This document shows, one piece after another, positions 8,706 through 18,082 of a stretch of DNA of 64,000 nt. Position 1 is the stretch's first letter; the number at the start of each line of letters is the position of its first letter. This DNA is from Bacteroidales bacterium (GTDB taxonomy: Bacteria; Bacteroidota; Bacteroidia; Bacteroidales; VadinHA17). The stretch is taken from contig DAONXX010000002.1 of the NCBI GenBank assembly GCA_035414025.1, positions 23,304-87,303 of the forward strand, read 5' to 3'. The position numbers and the translations under genes were made by a program. A model generated the notes under the pieces. The model was given only the letters and a program-made list of their open reading frames with translations, had not been told where the DNA came from and ran no database searches.

Positions 8706-10340
8706 TTATCTTTTCCTTGTTTCGCTGTTAACTCTACTGCTTGTATTAGCATTTTGCCTGCTTTCAATACGGGAAGACGACTGTTTAGAAGAAGCTTTTG
8801 GGGCCTGGGTGTTGCTGCTTCTTTCAGGTTTTGCCGCGATCGTCGTTTTTGTTGACGGCTTATTTTGTGCGGCTGAAGTACTCCTTTCACGTTCAACTCT
8901 TGTTGTTGTTGATCTTGCTGTAGTTCCGGTATTTCTTCCTGTTGCCAGATCTCTGTTTCTTTCCGCTGTTGCTGTTGTTGATCTTGTAGAAATGCCAGGG
9001 TTCTGACTGGTTGTTCTTTCCTGTGTCCTTTCCCTTGCAGTTGTTGTTCTTGTGGTAGTACCGGGGTTCTGGCTAGTTGTTCTTTCCTGTGTTCTATCCC
9101 TTGCAGTTGTTGATCTTGTTGCGGTCCCTGTATTTCTGTCTGTTGCCAGATCTCTATTTCTTTCCGCTGTTGCAGTTGTTGATCTTGTAGTAGTACCGGG
9201 GTTCTGGCTAGTTATTCTTTCCTGTGTCCTTTCCCTTGCAGTTGTTGTTCTTGTAGTAGTACCGGGGTTCTGACTGGTTGTTCTTTCCTGTGTTCTATCC
9301 CTTGCTGTTGTTGTAGTTCTGGTAGAAGTACCAATGTTTCTGTCAGTCGTTCTTTCCCTTGTCGTTACATTTGCCCTTGACTGGACAGGAGTACCCTGCT
9401 TTGCAACTTCACCATTTCTTTCCCTGTTTGATCTGGATACGCTGCTATTTAGATTTCTGACTACAGGAGTGTTTTCAGCGGTCCTTCTTGTCTGAGTGGG
9501 ATGCATTTTTGTAAAGAGGATTTCACCTTCTCTTCTCTGTTCAGGGCGGGAATATGTTTCTCTGTAAGAACCTTCTTTTATTCTTGAATACACTCTTGGT
9601 GACTGAGTACGAATACTTATGTAGTAAGTATTGTAATTTGTATATCTCGGGCGGGACCAGAAGCGGTAGTGTACGTAGTAATCGTGGTACCAGTTGTAAT
9701 GATATCCGTAGTAGTAGTGCCAGTAATAAGGTCTCCAGGGTCTCCAGGAGACAGGGTAGTAACCCCAGTACCAGGAAGAGCGCCATACAACGTAATTAGG
9801 CATAAAGATGAATCTTATAACCGGCCAGGTTGCTACCTGGTAAGTGGTGGTCCTGACAAGTGTAACATTTGTTGCACTTGCTCTGTTCCCCATATAGCCG
9901 GGGTTGGGAGTTTCATCATATATGGGTTCAATAATGTAATTTCTGCCATATAATGCCTCGTCGCCTATAAGCTGGATCTCTACAGAGCCGTTACGAAACT
10001 TTTCTACTGTAAAGATAGCCACATCCTGACTCTCATTCCTGTCGAGAAGGGCCCTTAACACAATTGTATGGACGTTGCCATCGACATAATCCGTAACGGT
10101 TATATAATCTATAAGGTTATCACCGTTAAGATCCAGGTTATTAATCCTGCTGTTTTCGTCATTAAGACCTCTTTCGAAATCCTCAAGAGTCTTTGATTCA
10201 CGGAACAGTTTCATTACTGCATACAGGTTAAGATTGTCTCCGGGCAGCCCCAGATATTCTTCAGGATAATTCTGAGAAAAAACTGTGGTTACAAATGAAA
10301 CCAGGACTGCGATAATCGATGTAGTTATTAACTTTTTCAT
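8706..10340 (-). CDS. Secreted hypothetical protein with a Tyr/Trp/Arg-rich core and a tandem-repeat Thr/Arg/Glu-rich C-terminal tail
   Basis: 544-aa ORF. Signal-like N-terminus MKKLITTSIIAVLVSFVTTVFSQ. Aromatic segment …WYWGYYPVSWRPWRPYYWHYYYGYHYNWYHDYYVHYRFW…. About seven 22-23-aa repeats (TTTRTTTARERTQERTTSQNPG). I do not recognise a named family. Confidence 0.7.
   Translation of the reverse strand: MKKLITTSIIAVLVSFVTTVFSQNYPEEYLGLPGDNLNLYAVMKLFRESKTLEDFERGLNDENSRINNLDLNGDNLIDYITVTDYVDGNVHTIVLRALLDRNESQDVAIFTVEKFRNGSVEIQLIGDEALYGRNYIIEPIYDETPNPGYMGNRASATNVTLVRTTTYQVATWPVIRFIFMPNYVVWRSSWYWGYYPVSWRPWRPYYWHYYYGYHYNWYHDYYVHYRFWSRPRYTNYNTYYISIRTQSPRVYSRIKEGSYRETYSRPEQRREGEILFTKMHPTQTRRTAENTPVVRNLNSSVSRSNRERNGEVAKQGTPVQSRANVTTRERTTDRNIGTSTRTTTTARDRTQERTTSQNPGTTTRTTTARERTQERITSQNPGTTTRSTTATAERNRDLATDRNTGTATRSTTARDRTQERTTSQNPGTTTRTTTARERTQERTTSQNPGISTRSTTATAERNRDLATGRNTGTTARSTTTRVERERSTSAAQNKPSTKTTIAAKPERSSNTQAPKASSKQSSSRIESRQNANTSSRVNSETRKR
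8905..9306 (-). repeat. Two tandem 201-bp units, each made of three related 66-69-bp sub-repeats, inside the 8706..10340 CDS
   Basis: 8905..9105 and 9106..9306 align without gaps, with roughly nine in ten bases identical by eye. A degenerate further copy starts at 9307. The period is a multiple of 3 and in frame with the minus-strand CDS. Confidence 0.9.
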
Positions 10341-10469
10341 TTTCGTAAGTTTTAGAAGAATCAGCTCTTCAACTTATAAATATCAAATGCCGTACCAATT
10401 TTTACCTGTTTTTTTCAAACAGTTGTATTACTGGCATTTACGATATCGCAGATTTGTAAAGGATTGATT

Positions 10470-11756
10470 CTATTTTCGGAAATTAACAACTACCCGGCCT
10501 TCCTGCTTAGTCAGATCTACCTCTTTTGAGATGCCATTAACTGTTACTTTATATTTTCCGTAAAAAGCCGGCACTTTGAGCAGTCCCTTTTTCCCTGCCG
10601 TTCCCGACTCTTCAGTCCACCATTCGTTGAAAACCAGATTTCTGTATGCCTCCAGAGCTGGTGTTGGAGACCAGTCCCTTTTATACAGAGAGGATGAAGG
10701 GATCCAGTTGGCACCTTCCCAGAATCCCCATAGAATAATGGCTTCTACTGCCGGATGGGCAAAACATATTCTGAAATAATCCGTAATTTCTTTAGCTTTT
10801 GACTCTTCCTGTTCAGGTGTGAGTTGTAATTGCCTGTACTTGGAACGCATCCCCGGCAAATTAAACTCTGTAATACGGATCGGAAGTTTAAAAGTTGCGA
10901 GAGAATCGAGTGCATCCTTGAGAAACTGGCGATCAAAAGTTTCCAGATGGCTGTGGCCTTGTACACCTATCCCTGCTATTGGGATGTCCTGTTTCAGTAT
11001 TTTACGGATATGTGCCATATACTCTGGCAAGCCTATGCCTAAAGGAGAGTCATTTATGAGAATATCATAGTCATTTAAATACAATTTTGCATCAGGATCT
11101 CCATTTAAAGCCCACTCAGCCATTTGCTTTGTTATTTCAGGACCAAGTCTGTCTTCAAAATAATTTCCATGGATCATCTCATTATTGAGGTCATATTCAG
11201 CAAACCGGCCTTTATAGCGCCTTGTTATTCTTTCGGCCCTGCTTTGTATTCTTTGTCTTAATTCATTATCATCCATTTCAGTAACCCATGATTGTATGTA
11301 GGTCTGACCTGTGTTGGGGGATTTTAAAATTCCCCAGAAAAGATTATGTCCACGCAGGGGGATGTTGTTTTTTTCAGTAAAACTTAAGATTGAATCAATA
11401 ACTGCATAATTCTCCTGATCCTTTCGTGGTTCCATAACCGCCCATTTAAGAGCATTTTCAGTAACAGCAGAATTAAAATTTTCCAGGAATTTTTCCTTGA
11501 ATTTTTTAAGATCGTCCGGTTTCATGCCTCCGGCCAGGCTGTTTGGTATTGCGCATCCAAACCAGAATTCATGCTTAAGTTGTTCAACGGTAACTTGCTG
11601 CCCCCGCCTGGCTTTAACAATAAGTTCTCCTTTGCGGTTCTGTTCTATAGACTTATTGAGAACTTCAAGAGACTGACCTTTTGTTTCTGAAATAAAAAAC
11701 AAAATTATGAGACCAATGTTAATGATCTTCTTAATGTGGAGGTTCAATTTTTTCAT
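10470..11756 (-). CDS. Glycoside hydrolase family 10 (endo-1,4-beta-xylanase-like), secreted
   Basis: GH10-like motifs RGHNLFWG, acid/base-type DLNNEM and nucleophile-type RITEFN. Start chosen at the ATG giving the signal peptide MKKLNLHIKKIINIGLIILFFIS. The ORF-track start at 11810 would overlap the upstream gene; an ATG at 11765 is also possible. Confidence 0.7.
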   Translation of the reverse strand: MKKLNLHIKKIINIGLIILFFISETKGQSLEVLNKSIEQNRKGELIVKARRGQQVTVEQLKHEFWFGCAIPNSLAGGMKPDDLKKFKEKFLENFNSAVTENALKWAVMEPRKDQENYAVIDSILSFTEKNNIPLRGHNLFWGILKSPNTGQTYIQSWVTEMDDNELRQRIQSRAERITRRYKGRFAEYDLNNEMIHGNYFEDRLGPEITKQMAEWALNGDPDAKLYLNDYDILINDSPLGIGLPEYMAHIRKILKQDIPIAGIGVQGHSHLETFDRQFLKDALDSLATFKLPIRITEFNLPGMRSKYRQLQLTPEQEESKAKEITDYFRICFAHPAVEAIILWGFWEGANWIPSSSLYKRDWSPTPALEAYRNLVFNEWWTEESGTAGKKGLLKVPAFYGKYKVTVNGISKEVDLTKQEGRVVVNFRK

Positions 11757-11785
11757 AATGCTCATTAATTTTAAAATTTTAAAAT

Positions 11786-12007
11786 TCAGAACAGCTTCCT
11801 GAAAACCCATATTATCAGACTAAGTAATACACTCAATACGATCATCGTTGTGACCGGGAAATAGAATTTTACATTTTCTTTCTCTATTCTTATGTCACCT
11901 GGAAGATTGCCTATCCAGTGAAGCTTGTTCCCTGCAAACCAAATAATTAATCCTGCTACAATTAGGATCACACCAATTGTTATTAATATTTTTCCTAACT
12001 GGGGCAT
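11786..12007 (-). CDS. Small membrane protein (DUF2905-like)
   Basis: 73 aa with two hydrophobic helices and a central …NLPGDI… motif, as I remember for DUF2905. Confidence 0.55.
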   Translation of the reverse strand: MPQLGKILITIGVILIVAGLIIWFAGNKLHWIGNLPGDIRIEKENVKFYFPVTTMIVLSVLLSLIIWVFRKLF

Positions 12008-12173
12008 AGTGATAAGATGTCTTGTAAAGTTATAAATTTTAGACGGGATTATATCTGAGGTTTCATGTAGTCTTAATAAGTATTATTTCTATTCTTTGGA
12101 TCTGAACTAATATACATTGTACACTGGCAGGAGCAAGTTAATTCTTTAGGTTATCAGTTCTGTTTATTATCTT

Positions 12174-12542
12174 TCAGCAAAGTTCCTGGAATGATTTCCT
12201 GAATTTAAGAGGATGAGCAATATTATGAAAAGTCTCCCTAGTACCTCCCGATCCTATGATTGTGATTGATCCGTAATTCAATATACGACCCATTATCGAC
12301 TGTTCAACATTTACGCTTTCAATCTTTGAAAGATTCATCTCGAAAGTATTTCTTGCTATAAAACCGGTTTTTATAATAATCCTCCTGTTTGTTATAACAT
12401 ATTCCGAAAGCCATCTGTCAAGCCATGCATGGATAGTCAGGGTAAAGATTGATTTCAGGGAAAAGAAAATGACCCAGTGCAGTTTTGTTTCAAAAACAAC
12501 TGATTCATTACTTATCAGATGTTTATTTACATAACTTCCCAT
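12174..12542 (-). CDS. Membrane-anchored bacterial PH-domain protein (bPH_2/YdbS-like)
   Basis: 122 aa. An N-terminal hydrophobic hairpin is followed by …YVITNRRIIIKTGFIARN…I…V…, typical of the bPH_2 fold family. From memory. Confidence 0.55.
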   Translation of the reverse strand: MGSYVNKHLISNESVVFETKLHWVIFFSLKSIFTLTIHAWLDRWLSEYVITNRRIIIKTGFIARNTFEMNLSKIESVNVEQSIMGRILNYGSITIIGSGGTRETFHNIAHPLKFRKSFQELC

Positions 12543-12865
12543 AGAAATTTTTCTTATAAAGGAAGTTAATTTTTGTTTTCGCCGATGAACCTGAGGGGTT
12601 ATTTTATAAACACAAATGCCCGTTTATCTGAAGCTATCCCCACTGGTTTTATAATCATATCCTTGATAGAGCAGCAAAACGATAACATTTTTATGATGAA
12701 ACAGGTATTAAAATTTGGCAGACAGGTGGCATTAGGCTATAATTAATCTGACATTGTTTGATTTATGTACGGTAACAAAAGGAGTTTTCATTATTTAAAA
12801 GAAAAATAAGTTCATACGAATGATATTTATACTTCTTTTGCAGATTATTCTGAAATGCTGTAATC

Positions 12866-14218
12866 ATGCAGGGGAAAGCAGAAAGTCTTAGATTTGAGAA
12901 ATTAGGAAAACTTCTTGTAAGTTATTCCCTTCCTGCTATTATAGCTACTTCTGCAGCTTCTCTTTATAATATTACCGACAGGATCTTTATCGGGCAGGGC
13001 GTGGGGCCTCTTGCTATTTCCGGGCTTGCCCTGACTTTTCCCCTGATGAATATTACAGCGGCTTTCGGGGCAATGGTTGGTGTTGGTGCCAGTGCGATGG
13101 TATCTATCCGGCTTGGGCAACACGACAGAAAAGGAGCAACCCGGATACTTGGCAATGCTGTGATGCTTAATATTATTCTTGGGATTGTTATAGGGGTACT
13201 TGCTTTTATTTTCCTGGAACCGATATTGTTCGCTCTTGGTGCCAGCAAGGAAACATATCCCTACGCAAAAGATTATATGCAAATAATTCTGCTGGGCAAT
13301 GTATTTGCGCATCTCTACCTTGGGATGAATAATATAATGCGGGCATCGGGTTATCCGTCAAAAGCAATGGTAGCAACATTGATCACTGTTGTGCTCAACA
13401 TGATACTCGATCCTTTATTCATATTTGTTTTCAGGTGGGGCATACGGGGAGCTGCTATTGCTACAGTACTTTCGCAAATTGTGGGTGCAATAATTACTTT
13501 TCTTCATTTTGCCAAAAGCAAGAGTTTTGTTCATTTTCTCCCGGGTTATATGAAGCTTAAGAGGGTGATAATAAGTGATATTATCTCGATTGGCATGTCC
13601 AACTTCCTGATGCTTATCACCGGCAGTGTAGTTATATCCCTGATAAATTTAAATCTTACCAGGTATGGCGGCGACCTTGCTGTTGGGGCTTTTGGTATAA
13701 TTCACAGTGTGGCAAATCTGGCAACAATGGTTGTTGTTGGATTAAACCAGGGGATGCAGCCTATTGTCGGGTATAATTTCGGAGCAAAAAATACTGATCG
13801 TGTTATTAAGACTTTTAAGCTTACTGTTTTTGCTGCGACAGTGGTAACATCGGTAATGTTCCTGTTTGCTGAACTGCTTCCGGGGCTCATTGCACGTGTT
13901 TTTACAAGAAGCCCGGAGCTCATCAGCCTGACTATAAGCGGGATTAGATTATTTTTGCTGGTCTTTCCTTTAGTCGGATTTCAAATGGTAACTTCAAATT
14001 TTTTCCAGTCAATAGGCAAAGCCAAAATATCAATTTTTCTTTCCCTGACCCGTCAGATTCTGTTCTTAATCCCTGCCCTGCTGATTTTACCCCGCTTAAT
14101 CGGGTTATCCGGAGTGTGGCTTGCGGGACCTGTATCTGATTTCATCTCGTCGCTTGTGACATTTATTGTTCTAAGATGGCAGATAGGGAAGCTAAGGAAT
14201 AATGCTGCCTTTGCGTGA
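12866..14218 (+). CDS. MATE family efflux transporter
   Basis: 450 aa, about 12 predicted hydrophobic helices. The N-terminal …LLVSYSLPAIIATSAASLYNITDRIFIGQGVG… is typical of MATE/NorM-like proteins. Confidence 0.85.
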   Translation: MQGKAESLRFEKLGKLLVSYSLPAIIATSAASLYNITDRIFIGQGVGPLAISGLALTFPLMNITAAFGAMVGVGASAMVSIRLGQHDRKGATRILGNAVMLNIILGIVIGVLAFIFLEPILFALGASKETYPYAKDYMQIILLGNVFAHLYLGMNNIMRASGYPSKAMVATLITVVLNMILDPLFIFVFRWGIRGAAIATVLSQIVGAIITFLHFAKSKSFVHFLPGYMKLKRVIISDIISIGMSNFLMLITGSVVISLINLNLTRYGGDLAVGAFGIIHSVANLATMVVVGLNQGMQPIVGYNFGAKNTDRVIKTFKLTVFAATVVTSVMFLFAELLPGLIARVFTRSPELISLTISGIRLFLLVFPLVGFQMVTSNFFQSIGKAKISIFLSLTRQILFLIPALLILPRLIGLSGVWLAGPVSDFISSLVTFIVLRWQIGKLRNNAAFA

Positions 14219-14257
14219 TTAGCTGAAGTGAATTAATTGTATTGCGAAACAAATTCA

Positions 14258-14265
14258 TATTTTTG
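14258..14265 (+). promoter_or_regulatory. Candidate -7 promoter box for the HD-domain gene / lpx cluster
   Basis: TATTTTTG, located 40 nt after the MATE stop and 23 nt before the GTG at 14288. Confidence 0.3.
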
Positions 14266-14287
14266 TAGATCAAGTATTATTCTTTTT

Positions 14288-15541
14288 GTGACTTACCAGA
14301 CAAACAAACGAAAGATTATAAATGATCCGGTTTACGGGTTTATAAGCATCCCCTGTGATCTTGTTTTTGATTTGATTGAAAATCCCTGGTTTCAGAGGTT
14401 GAGGAATATCAGACAGCTTGGGTTAACAAGCTTTGTATATCCTGGCGCAAATCACAGCAGGTTCCAGCATTGTCTGGGTGCAATGCATCTTATGGGATTG
14501 GCTGTAAATACCCTGAGATCAAAAGGGACACTTATCTCACCTGAAGAAGAGGAGGCTGTTTTTTGTGGTATTTTGCTGCATGATATAGGTCATGGTCCGT
14601 TTTCCCATGCTCTCGAAAATTCACTTATCACCGGCATTACTCACGAAGATCTTTCCTTGTTTCTGATGAAAAAATTAAATAAAAGATTATCCGGAAGCTT
14701 GGATCTGGCAATTGAAATTTTCAAGGGTAGCTATAAAAGAAAATTCTTTCATAACCTGATTACCGGACAGCTTGATATGGACAGGCTTGATTATCTGAGG
14801 AGGGACTCTTTTTTTACCGGAGTTATTGAAGGATCGGTTGGTTCAGACAGAATCATAAGGATGCTCAATGTTGTAAATGATGAACTTGTTGTTGATGAAA
14901 AAGGGATCTACTCTCTTGAGAAATTCCTTATTGCCAGGCGCCTTATGTACTGGCAGGTATATATGCACAAAACAGTTATAGCATCAGAGACACTTCTTGT
15001 AAATGTTCTCAGGCGAGCTAAAGAGCTTGCATTGAATGGGGTTGATCTTTATGCCACACCTGCGCTCCGGTTTTTCCTGTATAATAAAATAGGACCTGAA
15101 GATCTGTTGCAGGAAGGTAATTTTACTCCGGGTTTGATAGCTGATAATTTTACAAAGCTTGATGACACTGATATTTTTGTTGCTGCAAAATACTGGGCTG
15201 ATAATTCCGATAAAATTTTGGCAGATCTCTCTGCAAGATTGATTAAAAGAAACCTTTTTGCAGTTGAATTGCAAGACAAGCCGTTTTCAGATGACAGGGT
15301 ACAGGAACTCAGAAGGGCATCAGAAAATCTGCTGGGAATTAATCCGGAGCAGACAGATTATTATGTTTTTTCAGACAGTGTCTCTAATCCAGCTTACACC
15401 ATTGATGCACCGGAAATCAAGATACTTCTCAAATCGGGAAAGACGGCCGATATTTCTGAAGTTTCTGATATGTGTGATAATTGGTTTATCACAGAAAAAA
15501 ACACTAAATATTTTCTAAGTTATCCAAAAGAATGTCGATAA
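14288..15541 (+). CDS. HD-domain phosphohydrolase (dNTP triphosphohydrolase-like)
   Basis: HD signature …RFQHCLGAMH…LLHDIGHGPFSH…DRLDYLRRD. There is no in-frame ATG near the conserved N-terminus (…KIINDPVYGFI). The GTG at 14288 lies downstream of a TAnnTTTG box at 14258, so the ORF-track start at 14237 is probably too early. Confidence 0.75.
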   Translation: MTYQTNKRKIINDPVYGFISIPCDLVFDLIENPWFQRLRNIRQLGLTSFVYPGANHSRFQHCLGAMHLMGLAVNTLRSKGTLISPEEEEAVFCGILLHDIGHGPFSHALENSLITGITHEDLSLFLMKKLNKRLSGSLDLAIEIFKGSYKRKFFHNLITGQLDMDRLDYLRRDSFFTGVIEGSVGSDRIIRMLNVVNDELVVDEKGIYSLEKFLIARRLMYWQVYMHKTVIASETLLVNVLRRAKELALNGVDLYATPALRFFLYNKIGPEDLLQEGNFTPGLIADNFTKLDDTDIFVAAKYWADNSDKILADLSARLIKRNLFAVELQDKPFSDDRVQELRRASENLLGINPEQTDYYVFSDSVSNPAYTIDAPEIKILLKSGKTADISEVSDMCDNWFITEKNTKYFLSYPKECR

Positions 15542-15556
15542 ATAAAATAACAAATC

Positions 15557-16594
15557 ATGGAATTTTCTGCTGCACAAATTGCCGGATTTCTTAAAGGAGA
15601 AATCGAAGGGGATCCTGAAACAGTGGTCCATACTATTGCAAAAATTGAAGAAGGCCATAAAGGTGCGCTGTCATTTCTTGCGAATCCCAAATATGAACAT
15701 TTCATTTATTCAACTAAATCATCAATAGTTTTGGTTAATAAAAGTTTTGTCCCAAGCTCAAAGGTGGAAGCTACGCTTATCAGGGTTGATAATGCCTATG
15801 AAGCATTTGCTTCACTGATGCGTCTTGTCGATCAGTCGCGACCCAGAAAAAAGGGAATTCATCCGACAGCCGTAATTGAACCGACTGCCTCGATAGGGAA
15901 AGATGTATATATCGGGCCATATTCATATATCGGTGATAATTGCGTGGTAGGAGACAATTGCTCAATCTATCCCCAGGTTTTTATAGGCGACAATACAAGG
16001 ATCGGCCCTGCCTGCACTCTTAATCCGGGAGTAAAAATTTATCATGATTGCGTTATTGGAGAAGGATGTATTATACATGCCGGTTCTGTTATAGGCAGTG
16101 ATGGATTCGGCTTTGCGCCTCAATCGGAAAATGAATTCATGAAAATTCCGCAGTTGGGCAATGTTATCCTTGAAGACCACGTTGAAATAGGTGCAAACAC
16201 GACTATAGACAGGGCAACAATGGGTTCGACTATTATCCGCAGGGGAGTGAAACTTGACAACCTGGTACAGATCGGGCATAATGTGGAGGTCGGGGAGAAT
16301 ACTGTGATGGCAGCTCAGACGGGAATTGCCGGATCCAGCAAGGTTGGAAAGAACTGTATGTTTGCCGGCCAGGTAGGAATAGCTGGCCACCTTAAGATTG
16401 CTGACGGTACAAAGCTTGGTGCACAGTCAGGTGTATCAGGCAATATAAAACATGAAAATATGGTATTTACAGGTTACCCTGCCATTGATCACAGGAATTT
16501 TCTTAAATCATCTGTGATCTTTAAGAGCCTGCCAGAACTCAGGATGAAATTGGATGCTCTTGAGAAAGCACTGAGATCGCTTAAATCCGAATAA
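15557..16594 (+). CDS. lpxD: UDP-3-O-acylglucosamine N-acyltransferase
   Basis: 345 aa. Long run of hexapeptide (left-handed beta-helix) repeats. Positioned directly upstream of lpxC/fabZ and lpxA. Confidence 0.9.
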   Translation: MEFSAAQIAGFLKGEIEGDPETVVHTIAKIEEGHKGALSFLANPKYEHFIYSTKSSIVLVNKSFVPSSKVEATLIRVDNAYEAFASLMRLVDQSRPRKKGIHPTAVIEPTASIGKDVYIGPYSYIGDNCVVGDNCSIYPQVFIGDNTRIGPACTLNPGVKIYHDCVIGEGCIIHAGSVIGSDGFGFAPQSENEFMKIPQLGNVILEDHVEIGANTTIDRATMGSTIIRRGVKLDNLVQIGHNVEVGENTVMAAQTGIAGSSKVGKNCMFAGQVGIAGHLKIADGTKLGAQSGVSGNIKHENMVFTGYPAIDHRNFLKSSVIFKSLPELRMKLDALEKALRSLKSE

Positions 16595-16681
16595 TGATTC
16601 GGTCATAAAAATCTCGGGGATATTTCAGTTGGTGTATATTTTTTATTTTTTTTGTAACGAAATAATTAAAACCTAATTCCA

Positions 16682-18076
16682 ATGGTTGAAAAACAAAGAA
16701 CCCTTGCAAAAGATGTTACTCTTAGTGGAAAGGGATTGCACAGCGGAGTCGATGTTACAATAACTTTTAAGCCTGCACCGGCAAATCACGGGTATAAATT
16801 CTGCAGGACTGATCTTCCGGGCAAACCCATTATAGAGGGATTGGCCGAGTATGTTTCGGATACCTCGAGGGGAACGACCCTTACTCAGGGCAATGCTTCA
16901 GTTGCCACAATAGAACATGTGCTCGCAGCACTGCATGGTATGCAGGTTGATAATGCGCTTATTGAGCTCAATGGCCCGGAAGCTCCGATAATGGGTGGTG
17001 GGGCCTGGGCTTTTACTAAAGCAATTAAGGAAGCCGGGTTTATTGAACATAAGGAAAAAAGGAACTATTTTGTTGTAAAAGAGAAATTAGCCTTCTCTGA
17101 TGAAGAACACGGAGTGGATCTGATCGTTTATCCCGATGATCATCTCAGTATTAATGTTCTTATTGATTATAATTCAAGAATACTTGGTAACCAGTATGCC
17201 ATTCTGGATTCTGTGAATGACTTTGAAGAGGAAATTGCGAGGAGCAGGACATTTGTTTTTTTCCATGAGCTGGAGCCGCTTTACAATATGGGACTTATCA
17301 GAGGAGGACATCTTGATAATGCAATTGTTATTCTTGAGAAGGAAGTTGAACAATCAGAAATAGACAGGATAGCAAGATTATTCAACCGGCCCGGAATAAA
17401 CTCTCACAAAGCAGGTATCCTTAATAATACGGAACTCAGGTATCCTAATGAACCGGCACGCCATAAGCTTCTTGACATTATGGGCGACCTTGCACTTGTC
17501 GGTCACCCAATAAAAGGAAAGGTTGTTGCTACACGTCCGGGTCACTATGCCAACACACGCCTGGCAAAGATCATGAGACAGGAAATGAAAAAGGCATTGT
17601 CGAAAAGGAATATCCCTGTTTACGATCCTTCAAAAACACCGGTTTACACAATAGAAGATATTAAGAAAAAACTGCCTCACAGGCAGCCTTTTCTGCTTGT
17701 TGATAAGATAATCCATCTTGATGAAAACACTGTTGTGGGGATAAAAAATGTTACTTACAATGAATCTTTTTTTCAGGGGCATTTCCCTGATGAGCCGGTA
17801 ATGCCCGGAGTACTTCTTGTCGAGGCTCTTGCTCAAACCGGAGGATTGCTGGTATTAGGCAATGTAGACGAGCCTCAAAGCTATTCCACGTATTTTCTGA
17901 AGATAGATAAGCTTAAGTTCAAGCAAAAAGTTGTTCCGGGTGACACAGTGATCCTTAAAATGGAAATGATAGAACCCTTGCGCCGTGGCATTGTTTCAAT
18001 GTATGGCCAGGCATTTGTTGATAACAAGCTTGTCGTGGAAGGAGAAATGGTAGCACAGGTAATTAAAAATAAATAA
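16682..18076 (+). CDS. lpxC/fabZ: Bifunctional UDP-3-O-acyl-GlcNAc deacetylase / 3-hydroxyacyl-ACP dehydratase (LpxC-FabZ fusion)
   Basis: 464 aa. N-terminal LpxC-like part (…HKLLDIMGDLAL…) fused to a FabZ hot-dog part (…FFQGHFPDEPVMPGVLLVEALAQ…). The fusion is characteristic of Bacteroidota. Confidence 0.95.
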   Translation: MVEKQRTLAKDVTLSGKGLHSGVDVTITFKPAPANHGYKFCRTDLPGKPIIEGLAEYVSDTSRGTTLTQGNASVATIEHVLAALHGMQVDNALIELNGPEAPIMGGGAWAFTKAIKEAGFIEHKEKRNYFVVKEKLAFSDEEHGVDLIVYPDDHLSINVLIDYNSRILGNQYAILDSVNDFEEEIARSRTFVFFHELEPLYNMGLIRGGHLDNAIVILEKEVEQSEIDRIARLFNRPGINSHKAGILNNTELRYPNEPARHKLLDIMGDLALVGHPIKGKVVATRPGHYANTRLAKIMRQEMKKALSKRNIPVYDPSKTPVYTIEDIKKKLPHRQPFLLVDKIIHLDENTVVGIKNVTYNESFFQGHFPDEPVMPGVLLVEALAQTGGLLVLGNVDEPQSYSTYFLKIDKLKFKQKVVPGDTVILKMEMIEPLRRGIVSMYGQAFVDNKLVVEGEMVAQVIKNK

Positions 18077-18082
18077 AAAGCG

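Noticed and set aside
8683-9273. Plus-strand ORFs 8683..9006 and 9052..9273, encoding repetitive hydrophobic peptides.
   Set aside because: They are the antisense reading of the tandem repeats inside the 8706..10340 CDS. Their repetitiveness mirrors the sense-strand repeats. They lack a promoter or terminator context.
8905-9306. A CRISPR-like regular repeat array.
   Set aside because: The repeats are contiguous with no unique spacers. Their period is a multiple of three and they are in frame within a long ORF. No cas genes are present. This is a coding tandem repeat.
12543-12865. A possible riboswitch (for example fluoride or guanidine class) in the 323-bp region upstream of the MATE transporter.
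   Set aside because: I could not find the conserved cores of these classes. Only loose resemblance exists (GCCGATGAACC…). The region also has to house two divergent promoters. An Rfam scan would be needed to revisit this.
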